A stretch of 64,000 nucleotides of DNA. Source: Pyrinomonadaceae bacterium (lineage in GTDB: Bacteria > Acidobacteriota > Blastocatellia > Pyrinomonadales > Pyrinomonadaceae). Position numbers and translations under genes: made by a program. How positions within the stretch are numbered: position 1 is the stretch's first letter; the number at the start of each line of letters is the position of its first letter. The stretch covers positions 2,697 to 66,696 of the forward strand of contig DASZKF010000293.1 of assembly GCA_035947355.1 (NCBI GenBank), read 5' to 3'. This document shows, in pieces, positions 35,249-44,089 of this stretch. The notes under the pieces are model-generated. The model was not told the DNA's origin and did no database searches. It worked only from the letters and a program-made list of their open reading frames with translations.

Positions 35249-37120
35249 ATGGCGCGTCCCATACTCGACGACATCGAGCTGGAGCAGGCGCAGGAGATCG
35301 AGGTCGAGGAGGAGCACGTCCTGGCGCAGCACTCGATTCCCGCGCTGGCGACCGACTTCCTCCAGCGCCTCGACCGCCGCGCGCTGCGCGTCACCCTCCA
35401 GGGCGTCCTGACGGGCGAGGGGGTGCGCGAGCGGCTCGAGCGGCTGCGCGAGAAGTACCGCGCCACCCAGCCCGTCCCCTTCGTCTCGGACGTGACGACG
35501 GCGACGAAGGTCGAGAAGGTCTTGATCGAGGAGCTGGGCGTCCGCGAGCTGGCCGGGAAGCCCGCGCGCTTCGAGTACGCCTTCACCCTGCGCGAGTTCA
35601 TCCCGCCGCCCGAGCCCGTGGTCGTGCCGCCGCCGCCCGTCCCGCCCAGGCCGCCCGTCGAGACGGGCACGCTCGTCGTCGAGGTGACGGTCGAGGGCGA
35701 GCCGGACTTCGACTTCGGCACGGTGACGGTGACGGCCGAGGGGCGGCAGGACGACGGCACGCAGCTCTCGCGCGAGCTGCGCAACCGCGCCGGGAACGTC
35801 TGGACGGAGGAGGTGATGCCGCCGGGGCAGTACACGGCGACGGCGGTCGTCACCGACCCCGAGGAGATGTCGGGGTCGGCCGCGGGCGGGGTGCGCGCGG
35901 CCGAGACGACCGTGCTGCAAATCACGCTGCGGCGCGGGACGGGCATCGCCAAGGCGTTCATCATCCACTTCCGCTTCGACAGCGCCTTCCTCGAGCCGTG
36001 CATGAGCGAGGTGCTGGGGCGCGTCTTCACCTACGCGCAGTCGCACCCGAACGAGAAGGTCGTCGTCGTCGGCCACACCGACCTGACCGGCTCGGACAAC
36101 TACAACCAGGCGCTCTCGGAGCGGCGCGCGCGCTCCGTCTTCGCCTGCCTCACCTTCGGCTCCAACGACGCGCTGCGCGCCTCGGCCCTCGCGGACTGGA
36201 ACGAGCTGCGGAAGAAGAGGGTGGCCCCCCCGAACGCGCCCACCATCAACGACACCTGGGCGACGCGCGAGTACCAGTACATGCTCCAGGAGCTGGAGTA
36301 CTACTCGGGCAACATAGACGAGAAGCACGGGCCGAAGACCGACGACGCCGTGCGCAGATTCCAGTCTGACAACGGCCTGCAGCAGACCGGCCAGGTGAAC
36401 GAAGACACCTGGCCCAAACTCATCGAGGCGTACCTCGGGGCCGTCGCGCTGGCCTTCCCTGAAGACCGCTTCCTGCGCAACGCGAAGGGCGGCTGCGACG
36501 GCGGCACCCTGAAGTGGCTCGGCTGCGGCGAGAAGGACCCGGTGAGGAATACGGAGGACGCCTGGCGGCCCAACCGCCGCACCGAAATCCTCTTCGTCCG
36601 CGTCGCCGAGCTGCCCTGCGAGGTGCCGCAGCCCTTCACCTTCGACCTGCCGGGGCCGGGGGCGGTGGCGGGCAGTTGGTGTCTGGGGCCAGGCGACCCC
36701 AACCAACGCTGCTGCTTCCTCACGCGCCAGAGCGAGCAGCCGAACAAGCTGCTGGTCAGGCCGGCCGAGCCGAACAAGGCGGTCGTCAGCGGCGTCGTGA
36801 CCTTCGACGACGGGTCGCCCGTCGCCAACCAGAAGTACGCGCTCATCGCGCCCGACGGCGAGTTCCTGCACACCGACGCGAACGGCAAACCGGACCTCGG
36901 CGAAAGGCCCTCGGGGCCGCAGAGGGGCCGCCCCATCCCGCAGCGCACGGACGAGGCCGGGCGCTTCAGCCACCCGCGCCAGACGCCGGTCGGCGTCTAC
37001 ATCCTGGAGCTGCTCGAACTGGGCGAGGCGACGGGCGAGACGACGCTGGTCGCGCGCGCCTCCGAGGAGCCGCCGCAGGAGGCGATAGGCAACGTGGTCT
37101 GCTTCACACTGGACGGTTGA
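35249..37120 (+). CDS. hub/tube-initiator-like protein fused to OmpA-like, PG_binding_1 and CarboxypepD_reg-like domains
   Basis: N-terminal ~125 aa are paralogous to 34263..34787. OmpA_C-like block 'FRFDSAFLEP...VVVVGHTDLTGSDNYNQALSERRARSV'. PG_binding_1 block 'YQYMLQELEYYSGNIDEKHGPKTDDAVRRFQSDNGLQQTGQVNEDTW'. C-terminal 'VSGVVTFDDGSPVANQKYALIAPDG...TDEAGRFS'. Confidence 0.7.
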   Translation: MARPILDDIELEQAQEIEVEEEHVLAQHSIPALATDFLQRLDRRALRVTLQGVLTGEGVRERLERLREKYRATQPVPFVSDVTTATKVEKVLIEELGVRELAGKPARFEYAFTLREFIPPPEPVVVPPPPVPPRPPVETGTLVVEVTVEGEPDFDFGTVTVTAEGRQDDGTQLSRELRNRAGNVWTEEVMPPGQYTATAVVTDPEEMSGSAAGGVRAAETTVLQITLRRGTGIAKAFIIHFRFDSAFLEPCMSEVLGRVFTYAQSHPNEKVVVVGHTDLTGSDNYNQALSERRARSVFACLTFGSNDALRASALADWNELRKKRVAPPNAPTINDTWATREYQYMLQELEYYSGNIDEKHGPKTDDAVRRFQSDNGLQQTGQVNEDTWPKLIEAYLGAVALAFPEDRFLRNAKGGCDGGTLKWLGCGEKDPVRNTEDAWRPNRRTEILFVRVAELPCEVPQPFTFDLPGPGAVAGSWCLGPGDPNQRCCFLTRQSEQPNKLLVRPAEPNKAVVSGVVTFDDGSPVANQKYALIAPDGEFLHTDANGKPDLGERPSGPQRGRPIPQRTDEAGRFSHPRQTPVGVYILELLELGEATGETTLVARASEEPPQEAIGNVVCFTLDG

Positions 37121-37158
37121 GGCCCGGGGTCGGGCACGACGGGCGAGGGCCGAGCGAC

Positions 37159-40100
37159 ATGAGCGGCACGAACGCGAACATCGGCGGGGCCGGATTCGAC
37201 TCAGTGGCGGGGGGGCTGCTGGCCGAAGGGCTGCTGGCGAAGGGCCAGCCGGCCGGCGCCGTCGTGCACCGCCAGCGCGCCGCGCCCGTCGCCGTCAACC
37301 CGACCATCACGGCGGCGCGCACCGTCGTCCTCGTCAAGCACACGCACACGACCCCCGCGAGGGTGAAGATCACGCTCAAGACGAGCCGACACTTCACCAG
37401 GGCCGGCACGCTCAGCCGCGTCGTCACGCCCACGAGCGGGGAGATTAAACTGTTCGACAAGGGCGGCGCCGAGATCGTCTTCACCAACTCGGAGCGCACC
37501 TTCACGGCCAAAGAGCTGTCCGTCGGCTTCGACCTGTTCGCCGAGGGCGTGAAGGCCAGCGGGAACCTCGACGACTTCACCCTCCGCCTGACTCTGGCGC
37601 CGGGGCCGACGCCCGTCGGCCCGCCGGCCGAGGTGAAGCTGACGGCCGTCGAACTGACGCTCGACGTCAGCCCGCCGCGCACCCCGCCCGCGCCCTTCGC
37701 CCCGCTGCCGCAGCCCCCGGCGGCCAAGCCCCCGGCGAACCCGCCGCCCAAAGACAAGTGGTTCGGCGGCGCCGTCGTCAGCGTCCAGGACGCCGGCAAC
37801 AACCAGCCGCGCGCGCAGCTCGTCGTCCGGCAGGTAAAGCCGAGCGGGTTCGCCGGGAAGCTCGTGCTGCGCCAGGCGGGCGTCGTCAACGACAAAGTCA
37901 CCAGCGCGGTGAACAGGGCGAAGCTCTTCGCGGACGAGGTGCCCGGCCCGAAGCGTAAGCCGCCCGCGAAGGAGTCGCCGCAACCGAACCCGTTCGTCTT
38001 CGACGCCGCCTCGGCCAACTCCCCGGCCGGGCGACAGTTCTTCGTCGAGGGCGCGTCGGCCAGTTCCGCACTGCGCGACGTGGCCTTCCAACTCGGCATC
38101 CAGAACGTCGAGAACGACGGCGACCGCGTCGCCCTGACGGTCGTCGCGGCCCCCGTGCTCGCCGCCGACTCGCCGGTCGTGGTGGTGAAGAAGGCGCACC
38201 TCAAGCTGAAGCGGCGCCTGATTACGGCCCGCGCGAGCGGCGCCTTCGGCGGGACGGGGAAGCTCACGCGCTCGGGCGCCGGCCCCATCCGGCTCTTCGA
38301 TAAGGCCGACGGGGGCAAGGAGGTAGACCTCTCGGGGGCGGGGCGGACGCTGACGGCCAACGAGCTGTCGAACGGCCTCCAACTCTTCGCCGAGAGCGTC
38401 CTGCCGAGCGGGAAGTCCGAAGACTACCAGCTCACGCTGACCCTCGTGCCGAAGCCGACCGGCGGCCTGCCCGTCGGGGCGCCGGCCACCCTCAAGATGA
38501 CGGCGGTCGAGGTGGCGCTCGACGTGGCCCAGAAGCGCACCGCGCCCGGCGTAGACCCGCCCCTGCTCTCGGCCGAAGACAAGATCAAGAAGGGGCGCTT
38601 CCTGCGCGTGCAGGACGCCAAGTTCAACTCGGCGCGCGCGATGCTCATCGTCCGCAAGCCGAAGCCCGGCGACTTCAAGGGCGAACTCGAGGTCGCGCGG
38701 CTCAAGAGCGACACGAAGAAGCAGGTCAGACTCTTCAAGGGCACGGAGGAGATCGCGGCCGCCGGCCAGACGCCCCTCACCGAGCCGGTCACGCTCAAGC
38801 CCGCCGACTTCGCCGCGGGCGACGTGAAGCTGTTCGCCGAGGGCGCGGTCAAGAGCAGCACGGAGCGCGAGACCGGCTTCACCCTCGCCGTCAAGGATGT
38901 CGAGCCCGAGGCCGACAAGGTGCTGATGACCGTGCGGGCGAACGTCAAGGCCAAGGGCAAGCTCTTCTGGAACCGGACGTGGGAATACAACACCGCGCCG
39001 AAGCTCCCCGCGACGGCCTCCATCCCCGCCGTCAAAGAGTTCCTGCCGGGGGCGAAGGTCGAGGTGCGCATCCAGCGGCCGGGGGCGGCCGACCTCACCG
39101 TCTTCCAGACCATCACGACCAAGGACGGCGCGAAGGTGACCGACCCGCACGGCGCCTTCGAGATTGTCGACCTGCCGGAGACGCCGAAGGCGGCGCTGCG
39201 CGTCCTGCTCGAATACCGCGACGCCAAGGTGGTCAACGTCCAGGGCGAGTCGGACCACATCGCCCAAGCCGACTTCGAGGTCAAGAAGGACAAGGTCGTC
39301 TTCCACCAGTTCGACCTCGACCTCTCGAAGCTGAACGAGAAGACGGTCGAGCTCGACTTCGGCGAGGTCGAAATCAAGAAGGCCAAGTTCGCGGAGATGT
39401 GCGACGCCTACAAGAGCATCTGGTTCGGGCACCACAAGCTCAAGGAGCTGACCGGCTTCGACGCCGACCTCTGCACCATCAGGTTCCCGGCCACCGGCGC
39501 GGTGTCGTTCCAGCGCGGCGCCGCGGTCGTCATCCTCGACGGCGACCTGAAAGACCGCGACGTGCTCCTGCACGAGTACGGGCACTTCGTCGCCGCGAAA
39601 ATCGGCAACATACCCAACCACCCCGAATACCTCTACAACGACACGCCGAAGCACGGCAGGGACACCAAAGAGCACTACGAGGCGGCGTGGCTCGAAGGGC
39701 CGGCGACCTTCCTCGCCTGCGCGCTCCAGAACGACGCGATCTACCACGACGGGTACGACGCGAACGTGACCTTCAACCTCGGCACGGATAACACGACCGT
39801 CGGCCCGCACGCCGAGGGGAGCATCCAGGAAGCCTTTTGGCGGATGCTCAAGGTTCACAAGCTCGACTTCAAGACCGGCTACTGGAAGGCGTTCACCGAC
39901 AAGTCCAAGCGCGCGAAGATCAACAACGTCTTCGAGTTCTTCGACAACTGGAAAGACCTGAAGCTCGCGGGCCTCAACCTCGTGCTCGAATCCTTCAAGC
40001 GGTTCAACATGGAGTTCGGCTACAAGTACCTTTCGGGCGCGGACAGGTTCAAGGCCGTCGCCCCGCCGAAGACGTTCAGCGAGGCCGCCAAGGAGTTCCG

Positions 40101-40296
40101 GACGATTGACGAGTTGTTCAACCACTTCGGGACGCTCGGCGGCGGGACGCTGGCCGACTACAAGGAGGAGTTCTACAACCGCAACAAGTTCTTCGCGGGC
40201 GGGGGCGCGATGGACACGGGTTCGAGCCACACCAACCCCAAAGTCGTGGTCAACAACTTCTACATCATCCCCCAACGCTTCCAGGTCAAGGTGTGA
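37159..40296 (+). CDS. large modular protein with C-terminal HExxH (HEYGH) putative zinc-peptidase domain; candidate cargo/toxin
   Basis: ATG at 37159. The N-terminal ~600 aa consist of two alternating module types, paralogous to 40802..43585. The unique Lys/Asn/Phe-rich C-terminal ~440 aa carries 'VLLHEYGHFV' at nt 39571-39585 and a downstream 'AAWLEGPATF'. Confidence 0.6.
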   Translation: MSGTNANIGGAGFDSVAGGLLAEGLLAKGQPAGAVVHRQRAAPVAVNPTITAARTVVLVKHTHTTPARVKITLKTSRHFTRAGTLSRVVTPTSGEIKLFDKGGAEIVFTNSERTFTAKELSVGFDLFAEGVKASGNLDDFTLRLTLAPGPTPVGPPAEVKLTAVELTLDVSPPRTPPAPFAPLPQPPAAKPPANPPPKDKWFGGAVVSVQDAGNNQPRAQLVVRQVKPSGFAGKLVLRQAGVVNDKVTSAVNRAKLFADEVPGPKRKPPAKESPQPNPFVFDAASANSPAGRQFFVEGASASSALRDVAFQLGIQNVENDGDRVALTVVAAPVLAADSPVVVVKKAHLKLKRRLITARASGAFGGTGKLTRSGAGPIRLFDKADGGKEVDLSGAGRTLTANELSNGLQLFAESVLPSGKSEDYQLTLTLVPKPTGGLPVGAPATLKMTAVEVALDVAQKRTAPGVDPPLLSAEDKIKKGRFLRVQDAKFNSARAMLIVRKPKPGDFKGELEVARLKSDTKKQVRLFKGTEEIAAAGQTPLTEPVTLKPADFAAGDVKLFAEGAVKSSTERETGFTLAVKDVEPEADKVLMTVRANVKAKGKLFWNRTWEYNTAPKLPATASIPAVKEFLPGAKVEVRIQRPGAADLTVFQTITTKDGAKVTDPHGAFEIVDLPETPKAALRVLLEYRDAKVVNVQGESDHIAQADFEVKKDKVVFHQFDLDLSKLNEKTVELDFGEVEIKKAKFAEMCDAYKSIWFGHHKLKELTGFDADLCTIRFPATGAVSFQRGAAVVILDGDLKDRDVLLHEYGHFVAAKIGNIPNHPEYLYNDTPKHGRDTKEHYEAAWLEGPATFLACALQNDAIYHDGYDANVTFNLGTDNTTVGPHAEGSIQEAFWRMLKVHKLDFKTGYWKAFTDKSKRAKINNVFEFFDNWKDLKLAGLNLVLESFKRFNMEFGYKYLSGADRFKAVAPPKTFSEAAKEFRTIDELFNHFGTLGGGTLADYKEEFYNRNKFFAGGGAMDTGSSHTNPKVVVNNFYIIPQRFQVKV

Positions 40297-40319
40297 GCCG
40301 CGCGAGGGAGGAGCATCGC

Positions 40320-40775
40320 ATGGACGAGGTCGGCCCTTTACCGTTCGGACTGAGCAGCGAGGAGCTGGGGCAGGTGCGGATCACCTACACCTCCCACTCC
40401 GCGAAGACCGGGGTCGGGAAGTCCCAGGTCGTCATCACGGGCGCGGGTCAAGTGCGGCTGCTCGAAGAGGCGTTCCTCGACGACCCGAACCCGCAGACGG
40501 CCGAGGGCGAAGTGCCGCCGCCGGTGGTGGCGCGGCTCCTCGACCTGATGCAGGAGGTTGACTTCTTCGCCCTGGAGGAGCTTTACCGCGGCGAGGGCGA
40601 GGCCCCCGGCGCCGTACACGTCATCGAACTCACGCTGCCCGGGAGGAGCAAGAAGGTGATGGTCTCACAGCCGACGACCGTCGTCCCTTTCGAGCGCGTC
40701 GCGGGCGCCATCAAGTTGAGCGCCGGGCTCGGCCTGCCGGCGGCGCTCCAGCAGCGTTTCTTCCAGAGGTTCTAA
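40320..40775 (+). CDS. small hypothetical protein following the first HExxH protein (possible immunity/chaperone)
   Basis: ATG at 40320 after GAGGGAGGAG. 151 aa with no signal peptide. No family recognised. Confidence 0.5.
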   Translation: MDEVGPLPFGLSSEELGQVRITYTSHSAKTGVGKSQVVITGAGQVRLLEEAFLDDPNPQTAEGEVPPPVVARLLDLMQEVDFFALEELYRGEGEAPGAVHVIELTLPGRSKKVMVSQPTTVVPFERVAGAIKLSAGLGLPAALQQRFFQRF

Positions 40776-40801
40776 ACGCCCGCGCGGCGCGGACGAGCGA
40801 G

Positions 40802-43585
40802 ATGAGCAGCACGCACATCGAAAAGTCGGGACTCGGCTCGGTGCCGGACGGGCTCCTGGCGCAGACCCCCGCCGGGCAGGCCGACGCGGTCGTGCATCGC
40901 CAGCGCCCTGCCCCGACGCCCATCGACCCGACGATCAAGGCCGACCAGACGCTCGTCGTCGTCAAGCGCCCGCACACGAGCCCCAAGAGGGTGAAGATCA
41001 CGGTCAAAACGAGCCGGCGCTTCACCAGGGACGGCACGCTCACGCTCGTCACCACGCCCACCAGCGGGGAGATCGCTTTCTTCACGACCGAGAAGGGCCA
41101 GAAGCAGTTCGTCTTCACCAACTCGCAGCGCACCTTCACCGCCACCGAGCTGTCCAAAGGCGTAGACATGTTCGCGGAGGGCGTGAGCCCGAGCAGCAAC
41201 CTCGGCGAGTTCCGCCTCGTCCTGACGCTCGCGCCGGGGCCGACGCCCGTCGGCCCGGACGCCGAGGTGGCGCTGACGGCCGTCCGGCTGTCCCTCAGCC
41301 TGAGCCCGCCGCGGGCCGGCTCCGGCGCGCCGTTCACGCCGCTGCCGGAGCCTCCACCCCCGCCCCCGCCCGCGGGCTCCAACGACAAGTGGTTCGGCGG
41401 GGCCGTCGTCAACGCCCAGGACACGGGCAACAGCCAGCCGCGCGCTCTGCTCGTGGTCGGCCAGGTGATCCCGACGGCCTTCGCCGGCGACCTCGTCCTG
41501 CGGCAGGTGAGCGTCGCGAACAACATCATCACCGGCCGCGCCGACCGCGTCCGACTCTTCGACGACGAGACGCCCGGCCCCCGGCAGACGCCGCCCGTCA
41601 ACGAGGCGCCGCACCCCACCCTGCTCGTCTTCAACGCCACCGACGCCGACTCCGCCGTCGGCCGGCGGTTCTTCGTCGAGGGCGTCACGCCCAGCGCCGC
41701 CCTGCGCGACACGGGGTTCCAGCTCGGCATCAACGGCGTGGAGGACGACGGCGACCGCGTCGCCCTCGCCGTCGCGGTCGCGCCGGTGGTCTCCGTGGAC
41801 TCGCCCATCGTCGTCGTCAGGAAGGCCCACACGACGCCCGCGCGCCGGGTGGTGACGCTGCGCACGAGCGGCGCCTTCAGCGGGACGGGCACGCTCACGC
41901 GCTCGACGACCGGCCCCGTCCGCATCTTCGACAGCGCGAGCGGCACGACCGAAGTTGACCTCTCCGGCGCGGGCCGCACCTTCGCCGGCGATCAGTTGAG
42001 TTCGACCGAAGGGGTGCGGGTCTTCGCCGAGAGCGTGCTCGCGAGCGGCAGCCTGAACGACTACACGCTCACCTTGACATTGACGGGCGGCCAAGCCCCG
42101 GTCGGCTCGCCGGCCACACTCTCCCTGACCGCCGTCGAATTCACACTGGACATATTTCATCCGCGCGCCGTGCCGGGCGCGAATCCGCCCGCGCTCGCGG
42201 GCACCGACAAGATAGACCCGGGGCGGTTTCTACAACTCCGAAACCCGGCGAACAGTCACACCCGGGCGAAGATCGTCGTTCGCCGCCCGAACCCGCTCGT
42301 CAGCGTCACGCTGGAGCTGTCGCCGGTCAACAATCAGGTGCGCGCGTTCACGTCCGAGGTGCCCGGCGCGGGGCAGACCCAACTCTCCAACCCCCATACG
42401 ATCCTTACCAGCCTCATCCCGCCGGGCGGGGCGGAGTTCTTCGTCGAGGGGATCTCGTTCAGCGGCGCGGCCCGCGATACGGGGTATCGGCTCGGCATTC
42501 AGGGCCTGGAGAATGAGGCTGACCGGGTCGTCGTCACGGTCTTCAATTTGGACGTGGTGAGTAACGTTTTCCCGTTCGGGACGGCCGTCGAGCCCGTGCA
42601 GATCGAGGGCATTTTGAACGCCTCCCTCTCCGGCTTCAGAATCAGCAACCTCATCGGGACCCAGTCGAACTCCCTCTTCAGGGCGCGCGTCGAGATGCCC
42701 GGCTTCCCCGGCAACTCTATCCAGGCCATGCTGGTCAGCACGGCGACGCCGGCCGAACTGCCACAGCCCATTAATCTGTTCCGCAACAGCGGCGATAGAT
42801 TCCTGTCGCGCCCCATCCTGGCGATCCCCGAAGCCATACTTCGTGCCGGCATCACGTTCGGAGCCCCACAGGAGCTCGACGTGGTTCGCGCCCGGGCCGG
42901 CGGCACGTTCCGGCTGGACTTGGCCGGGTCCTTCTCCGGCGCGGGCGTCAGGCTCGTCCGGGTGCGCGGTCGCGTAGTCAACATTGCCGCGCAGGCTTTC
43001 ATCAACACGAACATTGACCTCGCGGCCATCCGGCGACACATCCGGCGCGCCAACCAACTGTGGGCGCAGGCCGGCATCGAGGTGAAAGAGCGCAGCGCCG
43101 CCGCCCCCGTGGCCCACCCCTCGGGACTCAACGACATAGATTTCACCCTCCCCTTCGCCAGCACGCTCACCACCAAGGAGCGGCGGCTGCTGGGTCTGCT
43201 CCCTAACGGCCCGTCCCGGAGTGCCGTGTTGAGGGACATGAACGTCTACTACGTGCGCCGGATTAACGGGCCGCCCGCCGGCGTCGCCTACAGCGGGGAG
43301 AGCTACCCCGGACTGATCGCCGACCCCAACAACACGGCGATTGCGATTGAAGGGCCGGTCATCTCAGACCTGGGCCTGGCCCACGAACTCGGACACCACT
43401 TCCTGCGCGCCTGGGGCGACGAACACAAGGATCAGACGGCGACGCCCCCGACCGACTGGCCGGCGGCCAACATCATGCACCCGGCCGATACGGGCACCGC
43501 GACGACGATAGACAGAACGCAGGTGCTCAACATCCTGAACGGGACGAGCGGCGGCAACCACCCCTGCATCGTCTTTGAGCCTTGA
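40802..43585 (+). CDS. large modular protein with a different C-terminal HExxH (HELGH) domain; candidate cargo/toxin
   Basis: The N-terminal ~600 aa are collinear with 37159..40296 (for example 'AVVHRQR.AP....PTI.A..T.V.VK..HT.P.RVKIT.KTSR.FTR.GTL', 'DKWFGGAVV..QD.GN.QPRA.LVV.QV', 'FFVEG...S.ALRD..FQLGI..VE.DGDRVAL.V'). The unique C-terminus carries 'ANQLWAQAGIEV' and 'LGLAHELGHHFLRAWGDEH' (nt 43382-43396). Confidence 0.6.
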   Translation: MSSTHIEKSGLGSVPDGLLAQTPAGQADAVVHRQRPAPTPIDPTIKADQTLVVVKRPHTSPKRVKITVKTSRRFTRDGTLTLVTTPTSGEIAFFTTEKGQKQFVFTNSQRTFTATELSKGVDMFAEGVSPSSNLGEFRLVLTLAPGPTPVGPDAEVALTAVRLSLSLSPPRAGSGAPFTPLPEPPPPPPPAGSNDKWFGGAVVNAQDTGNSQPRALLVVGQVIPTAFAGDLVLRQVSVANNIITGRADRVRLFDDETPGPRQTPPVNEAPHPTLLVFNATDADSAVGRRFFVEGVTPSAALRDTGFQLGINGVEDDGDRVALAVAVAPVVSVDSPIVVVRKAHTTPARRVVTLRTSGAFSGTGTLTRSTTGPVRIFDSASGTTEVDLSGAGRTFAGDQLSSTEGVRVFAESVLASGSLNDYTLTLTLTGGQAPVGSPATLSLTAVEFTLDIFHPRAVPGANPPALAGTDKIDPGRFLQLRNPANSHTRAKIVVRRPNPLVSVTLELSPVNNQVRAFTSEVPGAGQTQLSNPHTILTSLIPPGGAEFFVEGISFSGAARDTGYRLGIQGLENEADRVVVTVFNLDVVSNVFPFGTAVEPVQIEGILNASLSGFRISNLIGTQSNSLFRARVEMPGFPGNSIQAMLVSTATPAELPQPINLFRNSGDRFLSRPILAIPEAILRAGITFGAPQELDVVRARAGGTFRLDLAGSFSGAGVRLVRVRGRVVNIAAQAFINTNIDLAAIRRHIRRANQLWAQAGIEVKERSAAAPVAHPSGLNDIDFTLPFASTLTTKERRLLGLLPNGPSRSAVLRDMNVYYVRRINGPPAGVAYSGESYPGLIADPNNTAIAIEGPVISDLGLAHELGHHFLRAWGDEHKDQTATPPTDWPAANIMHPADTGTATTIDRTQVLNILNGTSGGNHPCIVFEP

Positions 43586-43596
43586 TCGGGGAAGAC

Positions 43597-44085
43597 ATGT
43601 CTGAAGAGACGGCACGAGAGGTGCGACGACTTTTGACGCCTACCGACGACGTGAACGGCTGGCTGCGGAGAGTCAGGGCGTTGGACGCGGACGAGGCGCT
43701 CCCTTTGCTCTTAGCAATCCTGGGCGGCGCGCAGGAGTCGCCGGGGGATCGTTTACAGGCCGCTTTAGTCCTGGGGTATCTACGCGACCCGCGCGCCGTC
43801 GGCACCCTCGTCGAAGCGATGCAAGCGGCCGACCCCGTCATGCGCGCCCAGGCCGCCGAGTCGCTGGGGCTGATCGGGGCCGCGGAAGAGAGGGTGCTCC
43901 GGCAGTTGATCCAAGGGCTTAACGACGAAGACTACTTCGTCCGGGAGTGCAGCGCGAAGGCGCTGGGACGTTTGGGGAGTCCCGAAGCCGCCCCCCACCT
44001 GGAACGGATGAGTGCCGCCGATCCGGTCGCGAGCAACCGTGAGGCGGCGCAAAGGGCCGTCGAGTCGTTGCGGGGGAGCGCTTAG
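43597..44085 (+). CDS. HEAT/PBS-lyase-type repeat protein following the second HExxH protein (possible immunity protein)
   Basis: Three or four 'D(P/E)..VR..AA.(S/A)LG.(L/I)G' units (DPRAVGTLVEAM, DPVMRAQAAESLGLIG, DEDYFVRECSAKALGRLG). Nearly abuts the preceding stop. Confidence 0.7.
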   Translation: MSEETAREVRRLLTPTDDVNGWLRRVRALDADEALPLLLAILGGAQESPGDRLQAALVLGYLRDPRAVGTLVEAMQAADPVMRAQAAESLGLIGAAEERVLRQLIQGLNDEDYFVRECSAKALGRLGSPEAAPHLERMSAADPVASNREAAQRAVESLRGSA

Positions 44086-44089
44086 ACTT

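Noticed and set aside
37201-40275. Very long antisense ORFs opposite recognisable genes: 37201..40275(-), 48281..50998(-), 55062..57950(-), 30202..31845(-), 15196..17520(+), 17532..19106(+), 3504..5018(+) and 415..1236(+).
   Set aside because: These are typical shadow ORFs of GC-rich DNA. Their translations are Arg/Gly/Ala/Pro/Asp-rich with no motifs, and each lies opposite a frame that carries clear family signatures and GC-rich third positions.
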